Part shown: in pieces, positions 63,386 to 64,000 of the stretch | Layout of the letters: the number at the start of each line of letters is the position of its first letter | How positions within the stretch are numbered: the first letter of the stretch is position 1 | DNA from: Anaeramoeba ignava BMAN | Taxonomy: Eukaryota; Protista; Anaeramoebae | Length of the DNA stretch: 64,000 nt | Reading direction: 5' to 3' | NCBI GenBank assembly: GCA_028826165.1 | Contig: JAPDFW010000022.1 | Span: 752,758 to 816,757 of the forward strand | The notes under the pieces: generated by a model | Seen by the model: only the letters and a program-made list of their open reading frames with translations | What the model was told of the DNA's origin: nothing | Databases searched by the model: none | Position numbers and translations under genes: made by a program

Positions 63386-63840
63386 ATGGATATTGTTACA
63401 ACAGTTGAAGCTACAACAGATTTATGTCCAACAGTTGCATATTTTTATGGGTAAATAAAATATAATAAAATAAAATAAAATAAAATGAATTTTATAATTA
63501 ATAAAAAAAGCAAATGAAAAAATACAAAAATACCATCATTTAATTTATTAAATAATAAAAAAAAAATTTCAAAAAAAAAAAAAATAAATCAAAAATTTAC
63601 AAATTAAAAAATTAAATTAATAAAGAATTTAAATAAAAAAAAAATCAAACTCATCATAATTTTTCAATTGTTTTTTTTTTTTTTCAATTTAAAAATATTA
63701 GTTATTTAGGTTGTGCTATTGCTTTAATCTTTTCCTGTTTGGGAAGTGCTTATGGAACTGCTAAATCTGGAGTTGGTGTTTGTGCTATGGGTGTTACTAG
63801 ATCTGATTTAATTATGAAAGCAATTGTCCCAGTTGTTATG
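63386..63840 (+). CDS. ATP6V0C: V-type ATPase proteolipid subunit c, 5' part; exons 63386-63450, 63702-63840, continues beyond the window
   Basis: [55 protein letters not shown]; missed by the ORF track. Confidence 0.92.
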
Positions 63841-64000
63841 GTATTTTTCATTATATATTTTTCATTTATTATTTCAAAATTCAATATTAATATTAAAATT
63901 TAATATATAATTAAAATTAAAATTAAAATTAAAATTCATTTATAAAATTAAATTTAAAATTAAAAAAATTAAATTCATTTATAAAATTAATATTAAATTA

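Noticed and set aside
1-64000. tRNA, rRNA, transposase, reverse transcriptase or intein sequences
   Set aside because: None recognisable by eye; a covariance-model or HMM search was not possible.

Overview
Very AT-rich, gene-dense eukaryotic (protist) DNA with GT-AG introns that are either short (about 55-115 nt) or long and filled with satellite. The many ANK/RCC1/TLDc-BTB genes and a TCATT initiator-like motif suggest an Anaeramoeba-like metamonad (inference only). Genes I could reconstruct, in order: Rab exon 1, anoctamin, intronless ankyrin-BTB, a BTB gene fragment, BTB-TLDc, RCC1-BTB, CDC45, TSEN34, acid-ceramidase-like/EGF/TM, an SR splicing factor, an NCoR/SMRT-like SANT protein, a ZYP1-like coiled coil, Akt/PKB, CRNKL1, DDX5/DBP2-like helicase, ZPR1, a PH-domain protein, a second ankyrin-BTB gene and the V-ATPase c subunit. 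The standout is the ankyrin-BTB gene at 57341-61008, which the ORF track mostly misses. Each ankyrin repeat is one phase-0 exon, and the variable beta-hairpin residues between repeats appear to be encoded by 19 separate single-codon (3-nt) micro-exons (AG|NNN|GT) in runs of 2-4. All exon coordinates were read by eye and need RNA confirmation.
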